Position numbers and translations under genes: made by a program. The notes under the pieces were generated by a model, which saw nothing but the letters and a program-made list of their open reading frames with translations, was not told where the DNA came from and made no database searches. From the IMG/VR virus record IMGVR_UViG_3300017987_005478, positions 63,918 through 127,917 of that record: 64,000 nucleotides of DNA; one strand, 5' to 3'. The stretch comes from a virus. Its lineage: Duplodnaviria; Caudoviricetes. This document shows, one piece after another, positions 54,683 to 64,000 of the stretch (its first letter is position 1; each line of letters starts with the position of its first letter).

Positions 54683-56566
54683 ATGAGTTATGACGAAAAC
54701 AGAGAGTGGGTTAATCGACAGTTAATTTTTTACGAAGACAAAATTTATAACACTGGTAGCTCACTTTCAATTGACATTGCAACATCTACTTCAGATGGAA
54801 AATCATTTTCCCCACCAAAATTATACTTACGTCTAAGAAGTCTTGATGGAAGAAATAGAACATTCAGTTTAGATTATATTTCTTCTATGGACTTGATTAT
54901 GTCTTTGGTTAAAGCAAACTTCAAAAATCCAGATCTTGTTTGTCAACAAGGAGAAAATAGTGCGGTAACAAAACGAGGCTACAATATCCAATTGCATATA
55001 GTAGCAGGTATTGCACCAGATCAAAGTCAAATAGTTTCAATTAGTTTGATTATAAATGAATCAGATCAAGGTAAAATTGCACTACCATACACGATTTTTA
55101 TGGGTATATTTAATTTGTTTATTCTCTTCAAAGAGAAACAGTGGGAAATTTTCTCAGATTTACAAAATGAATATAACATAAAAATTCAATCGAATACAAT
55201 AAAAGAAATTAGAGGATTTTTAAAGACACTTCCAGGTTATCTTGGAAACACTACTGTAAATAATCAAACAGTTGAAAGTCCAGAGGAGCCAGCTCAAGAA
55301 ACTCCGACAGAATCAAATGAACTTTTAGCAGATTTTGAGAAGTTTGCTAAAGAAACGGATCCAAGAATTCCTGAAGTAGAACATATGGAGATGGAATTGG
55401 CTACTGGTGAAATGGATAAACCAGTTGTACAAGAAGTAAAGAGCAAACTATTTGAAGAAGTATTTCAGAACAGTGTAAAGAATTTTATAGGATTGGTTGA
55501 AACAATTTACCATGATCCAAAATGGCCTACGGAAGCATTTATTTCAAATGTTCAACAAAGATTGGGTATCGAATCATTTATGCCAGGTATTTCTGCCGAT
55601 GAACATAAATCACTTGTATATATGTCCAAAGTAAATTTCTGGACAGCATTACGAGGTTATCTGCAACACCAAATAGTAATTCCAAGTTCTGTTGGAATTT
55701 TGAGATATTCTCCTTCACAAGCACCTGGAGTTGAAAATATAGAATTAGCATATGATATTTTGACACTGTTTGCTTACATACACAGAATCAGGGAACGAAG
55801 AGAATCAAGAGATGCTGATGCTAACAACAATCTGGCGATCACGTACACAGCGGCGCGATGCTTTTTAGATCCTCTCGTCTTTAGTTTCTTAGTTAATAGC
55901 AAACCAGACGTTGTCAAAAATTGTGTGTCAACTCGATATAAATATTATAAGGAAAAAGGTTTCTTCGATCTCGAAGAAGATGTACAACTTAACGAGGTTG
56001 AAGGTTTCATGGATAAGCTCGGACCAATACTCTCAAAAGTGACGGATGTAAAGACTGGTCACGAGTTTGGATATGAAAAAGGTATTTTGTTATTTCCATT
56101 CGAGAATAAACATACTTTAGAACAAATTACAAATGAACTAGTGGATAAAACAGTAAAGATTCGACTTGGGGAAAGTAAAGATGAAAAACCCAAGAAAGTC
56201 GACCATAAAAAGAAAACAGTTAAATACAATTCCAATATTCATAGAGTGTTAAGTGAAGTTGATTTTCTCGAGCAAATTCCAAAATCTATAAAAGAAGCGT
56301 TCATGAAGTATATCATGGAACTCGAAGAAAATTATGATTATGCCGCTTTTCCCCTTGAGGAACTCGGAGATGATGTTGTAAAAGCATTGTATGTCTGGAA
56401 CGAAAGTGATAATAAAAAAGAATCATACACTTCATTTAGAACCAATTTAGAACAATGTATAATGAAGAAGAATGATATTATTGCAAAAGTGAAGGGCTCG
56501 AAGGGTGTTGAAGATACAGTTGGTGGAAATGATGAGGAATTTGATTTTAGTAATTTGGTATTGTAG
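54683..56566 (+). CDS. Large hypothetical protein with acidic-aromatic tail
   Basis: 627 aa, RBS AAGGAG, ends NDEEFDFSNLVL. Confidence 0.8.
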   Translation: MSYDENREWVNRQLIFYEDKIYNTGSSLSIDIATSTSDGKSFSPPKLYLRLRSLDGRNRTFSLDYISSMDLIMSLVKANFKNPDLVCQQGENSAVTKRGYNIQLHIVAGIAPDQSQIVSISLIINESDQGKIALPYTIFMGIFNLFILFKEKQWEIFSDLQNEYNIKIQSNTIKEIRGFLKTLPGYLGNTTVNNQTVESPEEPAQETPTESNELLADFEKFAKETDPRIPEVEHMEMELATGEMDKPVVQEVKSKLFEEVFQNSVKNFIGLVETIYHDPKWPTEAFISNVQQRLGIESFMPGISADEHKSLVYMSKVNFWTALRGYLQHQIVIPSSVGILRYSPSQAPGVENIELAYDILTLFAYIHRIRERRESRDADANNNLAITYTAARCFLDPLVFSFLVNSKPDVVKNCVSTRYKYYKEKGFFDLEEDVQLNEVEGFMDKLGPILSKVTDVKTGHEFGYEKGILLFPFENKHTLEQITNELVDKTVKIRLGESKDEKPKKVDHKKKTVKYNSNIHRVLSEVDFLEQIPKSIKEAFMKYIMELEENYDYAAFPLEELGDDVVKALYVWNESDNKKESYTSFRTNLEQCIMKKNDIIAKVKGSKGVEDTVGGNDEEFDFSNLVL

Positions 56567-56581
56567 AAAGGAGAATTAAGA

Positions 56582-57208
56582 ATGGCGTTAACACTAGGTA
56601 AAGCACTAGACCGCTGTTACAATTTAAGAATACCATTTTTGGATGGTTATTACAATATAGGAGTATTTTTCAACAGACGTTCAACATTTTTGTTGTTTTC
56701 AGTAGATCCTGACTTTCCAAGAAAGAAGACTATTGAAAGATCTCCAAAAATATCAATGTTTAAAAATTTAGAGAGTTCTCGATTTGCAGAAACATTTCTT
56801 GAGTTACATAATTATCGTAGTAATAATCTGGATATATTGAATCAATTTCAAACGGTTCGTCCTGAATATTACCATGATGTTAATACAGTTTTAAATGAAA
56901 CAATAAGTGTAGCTAAAATTGAGTTGGACGATAGAACTCTTTATGATACGTTGACAATATATGGTCTGTGTCTGACAGCATATACAAATGAATTTATATT
57001 TCTTATTGCTGAGAGACAGAGCATTGTAAGGAAATTACAAAAGAAGATTGTTAGAACCACAGCTATGCAAATAGCTACCACACCAGGAATCGCCCTATTA
57101 GACGACTTCTATAATGAAAAGCTAGAGTCCAAAAGACTACATGAAACACCTGTAATTATACCATCAGATGAGAAAGAGGTTATCAGACTTGGCGAACAAG
57201 AGGAGTAG
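56582..57208 (+). CDS. Hypothetical protein
   Basis: 208-aa ORF with RBS AAGGAG. Confidence 0.75.
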   Translation: MALTLGKALDRCYNLRIPFLDGYYNIGVFFNRRSTFLLFSVDPDFPRKKTIERSPKISMFKNLESSRFAETFLELHNYRSNNLDILNQFQTVRPEYYHDVNTVLNETISVAKIELDDRTLYDTLTIYGLCLTAYTNEFIFLIAERQSIVRKLQKKIVRTTAMQIATTPGIALLDDFYNEKLESKRLHETPVIIPSDEKEVIRLGEQEE

Positions 57209-57210
57209 AT

Positions 57211-58686
57211 ATGCCTTCTGACGCTGATATGACGGAACACCGTTATCATTATTATTTCATTCATAATGTATTTGGTCATTTCTTTAAAGATGTTTTGGAT
57301 TATTTTTCAGATTATCTTTATCCAAGATTCCAGTGGACCGTCGTGGGTACATATGAAAAAGCTGTAGAGTATATTGATAAACAAACAAAGCTGGGACGTG
57401 AGGCTGATATGCCGAAGGTTCCAGCTTTGATTTTAAATCCAACGGGTGAATTTACTACTGCGGATGCAGCAGCAGGTGGTCGACAATTATGGAGATTTCC
57501 AAACTTGGCGCCTGGTCTTGCTAATTTGATTTTTGAACCGATATACACAGATGCTAATGTTGAAGTAAATGTATGTTTCTCCAGGTTTAAAGGCGAAATA
57601 GAACTTATTATGCTTCTGCCATCATTTTATGAATATTGTGATTTAAGAGTTTTATTGATTCAGATATTTGGTGGTCTTGAAAGGTGGATATACCCGGTAT
57701 GGTTTAACAGTTTCATTATTTTTGAAGAGGATGCGTGGAACTACACATATGAAAACGATTTAACAGGTGAAAGATACCAAATTGACTGGGAAAATCATGG
57801 AGCATCCGAAAGACTTATTAAATCAACCGCCCGTAATGAAAGAGTCTTTCCTTGTCGGATTAAACCAACATTTAGATTGATGTCTCTAACTGATGGTTCA
57901 ACCAGATATGGAGGAACAGATAGACTTCCTGATTGGAGATTAAATGCCACAGTTGAATACGAAGTTGAGTTCCCTTCATACATGACATTTAGATCAGATG
58001 CTCTTCGTCCATCCGGTTCCCCACCTCCAATTATGAATCTTAAATATGGTTCTTCTTATTCATCTTATGAACAATTCGCTCAAGATATTGGTGACAAAAA
58101 GCATATCATTAGTCAAGGTTCTGATGAATACGAAATCACAAATAGATACTTTCATCAAATTACATCTACTGAAGCAGATTCAACAGCAGACATCCAGATT
58201 GAGTTACCAATAACGATTGATACAACAAGCGAATTAGATAGTTTTGTAGTTGTTACAAAATATGGTTTGATGGCGTATGGTGAACATTATCAACTAATAA
58301 ATAATGGTAATACGCTGGTAATTTTCTCTAGCGATCCTGAAGATGTTCTTATTGATAGATTATATACAACTATACGAGAGAAACAACCAGATGGAACCTA
58401 CGTTAAAAAGAGCGTTGCTACGCAGAGATATAAGAAAGATTTAGATGGTTCTTTTGTATCAACACCATCTGGTCCGTACGTAAAAGATATGCAGCAAAGT
58501 TACTCTATTACAAAGGATGGTCGATTTTATAAAGATCCTCTTGGACCATATGTATATCGAGGTAATGATGTATATGAAGAAAGGGAAGAAGATGATTATG
58601 ATTTAGTTGTCAAAGGTCATTATGTTCCTTTTGAATTAGAAGAAGGGGACTTTATTGAATTCTATATAATGAAACAAATTGCATAA
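57211..58686 (+). CDS. Putative virion (tail-completion-like) protein
   Basis: 491 aa; PALIL...EIELIM...NATVEYEVEFP pattern loosely like tail-completion folds; function uncertain. Confidence 0.45.
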   Translation: MPSDADMTEHRYHYYFIHNVFGHFFKDVLDYFSDYLYPRFQWTVVGTYEKAVEYIDKQTKLGREADMPKVPALILNPTGEFTTADAAAGGRQLWRFPNLAPGLANLIFEPIYTDANVEVNVCFSRFKGEIELIMLLPSFYEYCDLRVLLIQIFGGLERWIYPVWFNSFIIFEEDAWNYTYENDLTGERYQIDWENHGASERLIKSTARNERVFPCRIKPTFRLMSLTDGSTRYGGTDRLPDWRLNATVEYEVEFPSYMTFRSDALRPSGSPPPIMNLKYGSSYSSYEQFAQDIGDKKHIISQGSDEYEITNRYFHQITSTEADSTADIQIELPITIDTTSELDSFVVVTKYGLMAYGEHYQLINNGNTLVIFSSDPEDVLIDRLYTTIREKQPDGTYVKKSVATQRYKKDLDGSFVSTPSGPYVKDMQQSYSITKDGRFYKDPLGPYVYRGNDVYEEREEDDYDLVVKGHYVPFELEEGDFIEFYIMKQIA

Positions 58687-58696
58687 GGACTAAATT

Positions 58697-59257
58697 ATGA
58701 AAATTATTGATAATTATTTAGAACAAATAACAACCGTATCTGATGAAGCAAAAATTGAGAAACGGGTTAATGTTGCTTGTGGTCTCATTATGAAGAAGGG
58801 AGAACAGGGAGAAATTCTTTTACTCTTGATTCAAAGAGCCGCTGATGATCATTGGCCTCTACACTTCGAAGCACCAAGAGGTAAATGTGATAACGGACCA
58901 AATGAAAAAGTAATAGCGTGTCTCAAAAGAGAAGTCAAAGAAGAGACTGGGTTAGATATAAAACCCATTAGATTTATTGATAAATTCTCTTATATTGCAG
59001 ATCAAGGTAAAAGGGAATCTACACAATATAATTTCTTATGCACAATGTCGAGACCAAATCAAGAAATCAAATTAAGTAAGGAGCATGATGATTATAAGTG
59101 GGTTTCTAGTATAGGAGAAGTCGAGTTGATGGTTCAACCAGAATTGAAGAAATCTATTGTAAAGGTATTTAATCCTGACGAGAAAATTGTGGATTATCCA
59201 GAAACTGAGCTATCCGATGAAAAAATTAAAGAAATTCTTGATCCGAATGATGGGTGA
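58697..59257 (+). CDS. NUDIX hydrolase
   Basis: PRGKCDNGPNEKVIACLKREVKEETGL Nudix box; LSKEHDDYKWV. Confidence 0.92.
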   Translation: MKIIDNYLEQITTVSDEAKIEKRVNVACGLIMKKGEQGEILLLLIQRAADDHWPLHFEAPRGKCDNGPNEKVIACLKREVKEETGLDIKPIRFIDKFSYIADQGKRESTQYNFLCTMSRPNQEIKLSKEHDDYKWVSSIGEVELMVQPELKKSIVKVFNPDEKIVDYPETELSDEKIKEILDPNDG

Positions 59258-59261
59258 AGCA

Positions 59262-59741
59262 ATGATTAAATTGTCAATAAAACAACCTGGTGTTTTTGTA
59301 TCTATTCCTGGAATTCCAGAATTTCGAACTCCAGCAAATGTTGATATTTCAAAACACGACGCAGCATTGATTATTTCAATTATGCGTCAACATGGGATAT
59401 CTGACTATGAGATTATTAGCGGCATTTCTGGGACGAAACCACGCCCATCCAGACCTAAGCCGAAGGTTACTCCAAAAGGTCAAAAACCTCGTACGGAGGA
59501 TAGTAAACGACTAGATCGGATTGAAAGAATGTTGGAAAAAGTTTTGGAACAAGGTCTTATTGTCCAAGTAGATAATAAAACAACAAAAAAGAAAAAAGAA
59601 GTGGAGGATGAATTTATCCCTTCAATTGAGACTGAGCATTTGAGTTCTGGAGGTAAAATAACTACCGAAGAAGATACCATAACTGATTCTGATGTAAAAG
59701 AATCTGCTGATCTATTGAGAAAGATGCGAAAGGGAGATTAG
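59262..59741 (+). CDS. Hypothetical protein upstream of actin-like ATPase
   Basis: Start adjusted to MIKLSIKQPG; folded N-terminus, P/K-rich linker, short coiled coil, C-terminal helix. Confidence 0.65.
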   Translation: MIKLSIKQPGVFVSIPGIPEFRTPANVDISKHDAALIISIMRQHGISDYEIISGISGTKPRPSRPKPKVTPKGQKPRTEDSKRLDRIERMLEKVLEQGLIVQVDNKTTKKKKEVEDEFIPSIETEHLSSGGKITTEEDTITDSDVKESADLLRKMRKGD

Positions 59742-59742
59742 A

Positions 59743-60759
59743 ATGTCGAAAAATGTAATATCTGTTGGGTTAGATATTGGCACTATGAACATTTGTTGTG
59801 CGAGGTCTGACTCAAAGAGTGTTAAGACGACTAGAAATGTCTTTTTGGAGATTGACCCTAATGAAATAACAATCTCCGAATTGACAAACGTATCGTTTGT
59901 GGAAAATCAAGAAGAAAATAAACTATTTATAGTTGGTGCAGACGCCTTTACGTTTGCAAATATTTTTTCTCAACCTGTAGCCAGACCAATGGAGTCTGGT
60001 TTAATCTCTCCAAAAGAACTTTATGCGATAGATGTCCTTACGCTAATGGTTAAAGAATTAGTTGGAGATACAAAAGATCAAGAAGTTTATTGCAGTTATT
60101 CTGTACCTGCTGAAGCAATTGATAAAGGGAGATCTATTACATACCATGAAAAAGTTTTTGGGAGGATTTTGTCGAGTCTTGGGGTCAATCACACACCAGT
60201 TAACGAAGCCATGGCAATCGTCTACTCAGAATGCGCCAAAGAAAAATTCTCTGGGATTGCAATTAGTTTCGGAGCAGGAATGGCGAACACGTGCATTTCA
60301 TACAAGGGGATTGAAGCGCTAAAATTTTCAACTGCACGGTCTGGAGATTGGATTGATAATAATGTCAGTTCTTCACTGTCGATCATTCCAAATCGTGTAA
60401 CAAATATAAAAGAGAAACGATTAAACCTTCGTGATGGTTTTATGGCGGAAAAGAATCGTAAGACAAGGCGAGTTCTTGAGGCACTAGAGTATTACTATAC
60501 ATCTCTTGTTGAATATACAATAAAAAAGATAATTAAAGAATTTGATGAAAGAGTTGATATTGAAATAGATGAAAAAATACCTCTTATTGTATCAGGTGGC
60601 ACGAGTCTGCCCGTCGGATTTTTAGATCTCTTTAAAGATACATTAAGAAAGTATGAGTTGCCTTTTGAGCTCTCTACAATTAGACGAGCAAAAAATCCAC
60701 TTACCGTTGTAGCTAGCGGTCTGTTGGTTAAAACTATGTCAGATACTAAGAAAATTTAG
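59743..60759 (+). CDS. Actin-fold ATPase (MreB/MamK/ParM-like)
   Basis: VGLDIGT (phosphate 1), VNEAMA (connect 1), ISFGAG (phosphate 2), VSGGTS (adenosine), VVASGL (connect 2). Confidence 0.9.
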   Translation: MSKNVISVGLDIGTMNICCARSDSKSVKTTRNVFLEIDPNEITISELTNVSFVENQEENKLFIVGADAFTFANIFSQPVARPMESGLISPKELYAIDVLTLMVKELVGDTKDQEVYCSYSVPAEAIDKGRSITYHEKVFGRILSSLGVNHTPVNEAMAIVYSECAKEKFSGIAISFGAGMANTCISYKGIEALKFSTARSGDWIDNNVSSSLSIIPNRVTNIKEKRLNLRDGFMAEKNRKTRRVLEALEYYYTSLVEYTIKKIIKEFDERVDIEIDEKIPLIVSGGTSLPVGFLDLFKDTLRKYELPFELSTIRRAKNPLTVVASGLLVKTMSDTKKI

Positions 60760-60769
60760 GAGGACAGAA

Positions 60770-61015
60770 ATGAGCCGCGTCAAAATTGCAGAAAGTATGG
60801 TCGACGCTTATTTAGATGGAGATACAAGTGTCTTCAAAGATTTTGAACTTGTTGATGAAAAAATTGATAAGTTGGTAGAATTAAATGCTTATCAACAATT
60901 TTTTGTATCAAAATTGAGAGCAACTGGTAAATCTATAGGAGAGATGACAGACGAGGAGAAGAGTGCCTTCTTCACAGATGTAAAGAAAGGTTGGGCAGCT
61001 CAAAAGAAAGAATAG
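60770..61015 (+). CDS. Small hypothetical protein
   Basis: 81 aa, RBS AGGAGG. Confidence 0.7.
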   Translation: MSRVKIAESMVDAYLDGDTSVFKDFELVDEKIDKLVELNAYQQFFVSKLRATGKSIGEMTDEEKSAFFTDVKKGWAAQKKE

Positions 61016-61037
61016 AATATTCGAAAGGTTGTGAAAC

Positions 61038-62339
61038 ATGGAAGGTTTTGAATATCAGAAACCAGTATATAAAGGTAAACAGATTCCAAGTATGGCGATG
61101 AAAAAATTCGGGAATCTACAAAGAAAATTGAAGTTTGTGCAAAAATTAGAGGATTTGAGAGCTGATCCACCCAACATCGTTGTGGCAGAGGCTGTTAGAA
61201 ATGCCTCATTCTCTCAAAATTATTTTTCACAACAACATTTGAAAAAGAAACAAAAGTATGTAATGAGTGTTGGAGTATATCAACAACTTTGGTATGATCC
61301 GATGCGCCGTTGGAAAATTTTAAAACCAGCAGCGATTAAATTTTCTAGGATTTACAATCCCTATATTGGTCATGATTTAACAGATAAGACCATTCTAGTA
61401 ACTCGAACTGGAGGTATTGGAGATCTTTTGTTTATCCAACCAAACCTCACTTACCTGAAAGAAAAATACCCAACATGTAAAATCATCTTTGCGTGTGGTC
61501 CGCAATACCATGCTATGGTTGAAACATGGGATTGTATTGATGAACTTCATACACTTCCTTTCAATTTGTCTGTAATGATTAAGGCTGATTATCATGTTAT
61601 TTTTGAAGGTGTAATTGAAAGATGTGCAGAAGCAAAAACTGTCAACGCATATAAGTTATTCACTCGCTGGCTTGGTTTGGATTTACCTGATGAACGTTTA
61701 AGACCAAAACAAGAACCAAAACCAGACAAATTAGAGGCGGTCAAGTATTGGTTAAAGGACAGAAAAATTAATGACTTTACTGTTATGCAATTGCGGGCCT
61801 CTTCACCAATTAGGACACCACGGCCACAGTTCTGGAGAAATATAATTCACCCGTTAGTTAGAGATGGACATACAATTGTTATTTCTGATGCACCATCAAT
61901 GGAAAAGAATTTGAATGAGTTTATTGCTACTTTAGATCCAGATGTTAGAGATAAAGTATACAATTTTTCCCCACATTCACCAACACTGGATTTTTCAATA
62001 GCGCTAACCTCGTTAGCAAAGATGTCAATATCACCAGATAGCTCTTTTATTCATATGGCTACGAGTCTTGGTATTCCCGGATTTGGAATTTATGGCGCAT
62101 TCACTGGTCATGTACGGCTAACAACATATAAAAATGTTGATTGGATTCAGAGTCCTGCCCAATGTGCTCCTTGTTTTATACATGGACCAAACCCATGTTC
62201 TAAAGCGACTGCAGGACACCCAATATGTTATGACCAAATAGATATAGATGAGTGTTTAGAAAAAATTAAGGGGTTATTAGATGATCAAAATAGCGATGTG
62301 TGTGAGGAATCGGTTGGCAGTGACGAAGAAAGCAATTGA
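61038..62339 (+). CDS. Glycosyltransferase family 9-like (heptosyltransferase-type GT-B)
   Basis: RTGGIGDLL, LKEKYP, SPDSSFIHMATSLG, CAPC...C C-terminus. Confidence 0.88.
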   Translation: MEGFEYQKPVYKGKQIPSMAMKKFGNLQRKLKFVQKLEDLRADPPNIVVAEAVRNASFSQNYFSQQHLKKKQKYVMSVGVYQQLWYDPMRRWKILKPAAIKFSRIYNPYIGHDLTDKTILVTRTGGIGDLLFIQPNLTYLKEKYPTCKIIFACGPQYHAMVETWDCIDELHTLPFNLSVMIKADYHVIFEGVIERCAEAKTVNAYKLFTRWLGLDLPDERLRPKQEPKPDKLEAVKYWLKDRKINDFTVMQLRASSPIRTPRPQFWRNIIHPLVRDGHTIVISDAPSMEKNLNEFIATLDPDVRDKVYNFSPHSPTLDFSIALTSLAKMSISPDSSFIHMATSLGIPGFGIYGAFTGHVRLTTYKNVDWIQSPAQCAPCFIHGPNPCSKATAGHPICYDQIDIDECLEKIKGLLDDQNSDVCEESVGSDEESN

Positions 62340-63096
62340 AGCTCTATATGAACATACAACCACTAACTTTCAATTGTATATTTATGACAATTTAACAAAT
62401 CATAATCAACAACAACACTTTGAATATTTCTGGAATCTTTATGCAAAACAAATGGTGACCCAAGTTACTTTTAATACCAAGGCATCAACATTTAATGCTT
62501 TCTCAAAGGCAGTGGCTCTTAACCAATTTGGTAGGCTACATGAAGAGGATCCAAATAAATATAATTGTGAATTTCTTTTATTTCTTGATAATGATATGCT
62601 TGTCATGCCTGGTTGGGATGAAATTATTTCCCAAGCATGGAAGGAAATAAATGAGAAAGGATTAGATAACGTCCGTGTAATTGGAAAACACCCACATGGT
62701 GGTGTTAAATATATGAAACACCTGACATATAAAATTGCTGGGCATGATGCTGGAATGGGTCAGTTGGGTGGAAGTGGTTTCTGGTGTGTGAGACCAAATT
62801 TCTTTAGTGATGTTGGATATCTTGACATTAAACCCTTGGTTGGGTTAAATAAAAAGCATGACCAAAATTACTGGAGAAAATTAAGAGAAAAATCAGAACA
62901 TTATATTTTAGTTTTGAAGCACTCAAAACTAGTTGTTGATGCGGGAGGTTATGCAGGTTCTATATGTAATGTAATTGGTTATGGTCGTGATAAAAAGAAA
63001 ATGCAGCAAATCAAATATGCGAATCGAGATGCGCAAATTGATAAAATGACTTTTCGAGAATTCTACAAAAGAATGCGAAAATTAACTGGGATTTAA
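62281..63096 (+). CDS. Glycosyltransferase family 2-like (GT-A)
   Basis: IAMCVRNR, IYDN, FLLFLDND (DxD), VGYLD. Confidence 0.82.
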   Translation: MIKIAMCVRNRLAVTKKAIEALYEHTTTNFQLYIYDNLTNHNQQQHFEYFWNLYAKQMVTQVTFNTKASTFNAFSKAVALNQFGRLHEEDPNKYNCEFLLFLDNDMLVMPGWDEIISQAWKEINEKGLDNVRVIGKHPHGGVKYMKHLTYKIAGHDAGMGQLGGSGFWCVRPNFFSDVGYLDIKPLVGLNKKHDQNYWRKLREKSEHYILVLKHSKLVVDAGGYAGSICNVIGYGRDKKKMQQIKYANRDAQIDKMTFREFYKRMRKLTGI

Positions 63097-63097
63097 T

Positions 63098-64000
63098 ATG
63101 AGAGCGATACTTGCGGGTCCGATGATGGGAGAGTTTGGGTGGGAAACTTTGCGTTTTGCGCCTCATGTTTTGTGGCAGAAAATAAGTAAGTATAAAAATA
63201 AGGTTAAATTAATAGTCTATACAAGACCAGATAGATTTGATTTTTATGGAATCAATGCAGATATTTTCGAACCGCTTGAAATAAAAGGAGATTATTCGCA
63301 ATACCAATCTGATTGTTTTAAGTTGCAGGGATTTCCGGAACAAGAATATCATCTCCTGGCTCAGAGAATGAAAGCAAAATATGAAACACAATTTAATATT
63401 GTTGAACACATTTACCCAAGAATACATAGTAGACAATATACAGAAAAGGAGCAATATTTAGCGAGAGAAAGAAAATATCAATTTCAACCTCGTCTAGAGA
63501 ATCTGGAACTATTTGACGCTGCTGTCCCTCATAATAAACCTCTTGTGGTTCTAGCACCAAGGTATAGAAAACAAGGTAAAATGAGAAATTGGCAACACTG
63601 GGATAGATTTTATGACATTATTTCTACTGACGCATTTCTTAAAAAGTTTAATTTTATAATTTGTGGAAGACGCCCAGAATATGTGCCTGATAAACACGGA
63701 AGATTTTTTGATATCAATGATATTGAACTTAAAGAAAATACATCTCTTGTAGGAATAACAATAACTGCTTTAAGAAGAGCAGTTTTGACAGTCGGAAGTC
63801 AAAGCGGCCTCCCAAATTTGTCAAATCTGGTTAAAACACCGACATTACAATGGGGTCATGAAATGGACGCTCATGCGAGAAAATATAACGTAAAGAAAAC
63901 ACCAACTAAATTTTTACTAGACAAAAAGTTTAGTATCAATCCTGAAGTGATTGTTCAAGAAATGAAAAAACTGCTAAAAGGGAAGGAAGTGATCAAATGA
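63098..64000 (+). CDS. GT-B glycosyltransferase-like protein
   Basis: GEFGWE, RNWQHW, VGSQSGLPNLS pattern similar to GT9 C-terminal domain. Confidence 0.7.
   Translation: MRAILAGPMMGEFGWETLRFAPHVLWQKISKYKNKVKLIVYTRPDRFDFYGINADIFEPLEIKGDYSQYQSDCFKLQGFPEQEYHLLAQRMKAKYETQFNIVEHIYPRIHSRQYTEKEQYLARERKYQFQPRLENLELFDAAVPHNKPLVVLAPRYRKQGKMRNWQHWDRFYDIISTDAFLKKFNFIICGRRPEYVPDKHGRFFDINDIELKENTSLVGITITALRRAVLTVGSQSGLPNLSNLVKTPTLQWGHEMDAHARKYNVKKTPTKFLLDKKFSINPEVIVQEMKKLLKGKEVIK

Noticed and set aside
1-64000. Genome-wide stop-codon reassignment
   Set aside because: Long genes are intact under the standard bacterial code, and TAA, TAG and TGA all end genes, including ATGA stop/start overlaps; only the PAAR gene shows an internal TGA

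Overview
This window is from a large, AT-rich tailed-phage genome (jumbo-phage-like, probably a myovirus), not a cellular chromosome. Positions 1 to ~53,100 are densely coded on the minus strand and ~53,200 to 64,000 on the plus strand. It carries a T4-like replication/recombination toolkit (gp46/gp47, UvsW, two-subunit type II topoisomerase, RecA/UvsX, sliding clamp, clamp loader, primase, 5'-3' exonuclease, RuvC, Dda-like helicase, SSB candidate, class II RNR) and T4-like virion genes (gp5-like hub, PAAR spike, gp53-like, gp13-like). It also encodes its own multisubunit RNA polymerase as unsplit beta' and beta genes, next to a candidate sigma-like specificity subunit. Accessory genes (pilin-like protein, outer-membrane beta-barrel, KhpA, ferritin-like protein, QueD, radical SAM, LigD phosphoesterase, NUDIX, actin-like ATPase, three glycosyltransferases) point to a diderm, probably anaerobic host. 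The most notable observations are: (1) a PAAR spike gene with an in-frame UGA followed by a bacterial SECIS-like hairpin (candidate phage selenoprotein); (2) a Rep-like gene followed by 21-bp iteron-like repeats next to the strand switch (plasmid-type origin), with an actin-like ATPase 5 kb away; (3) several structured intergenic RNA candidates, especially one directly downstream of a DIP1984-like gene; (4) two recurring promoter-like motifs resembling those of phiKZ/AR9-type phages. All assignments come from reading motifs by eye; no searches were run.
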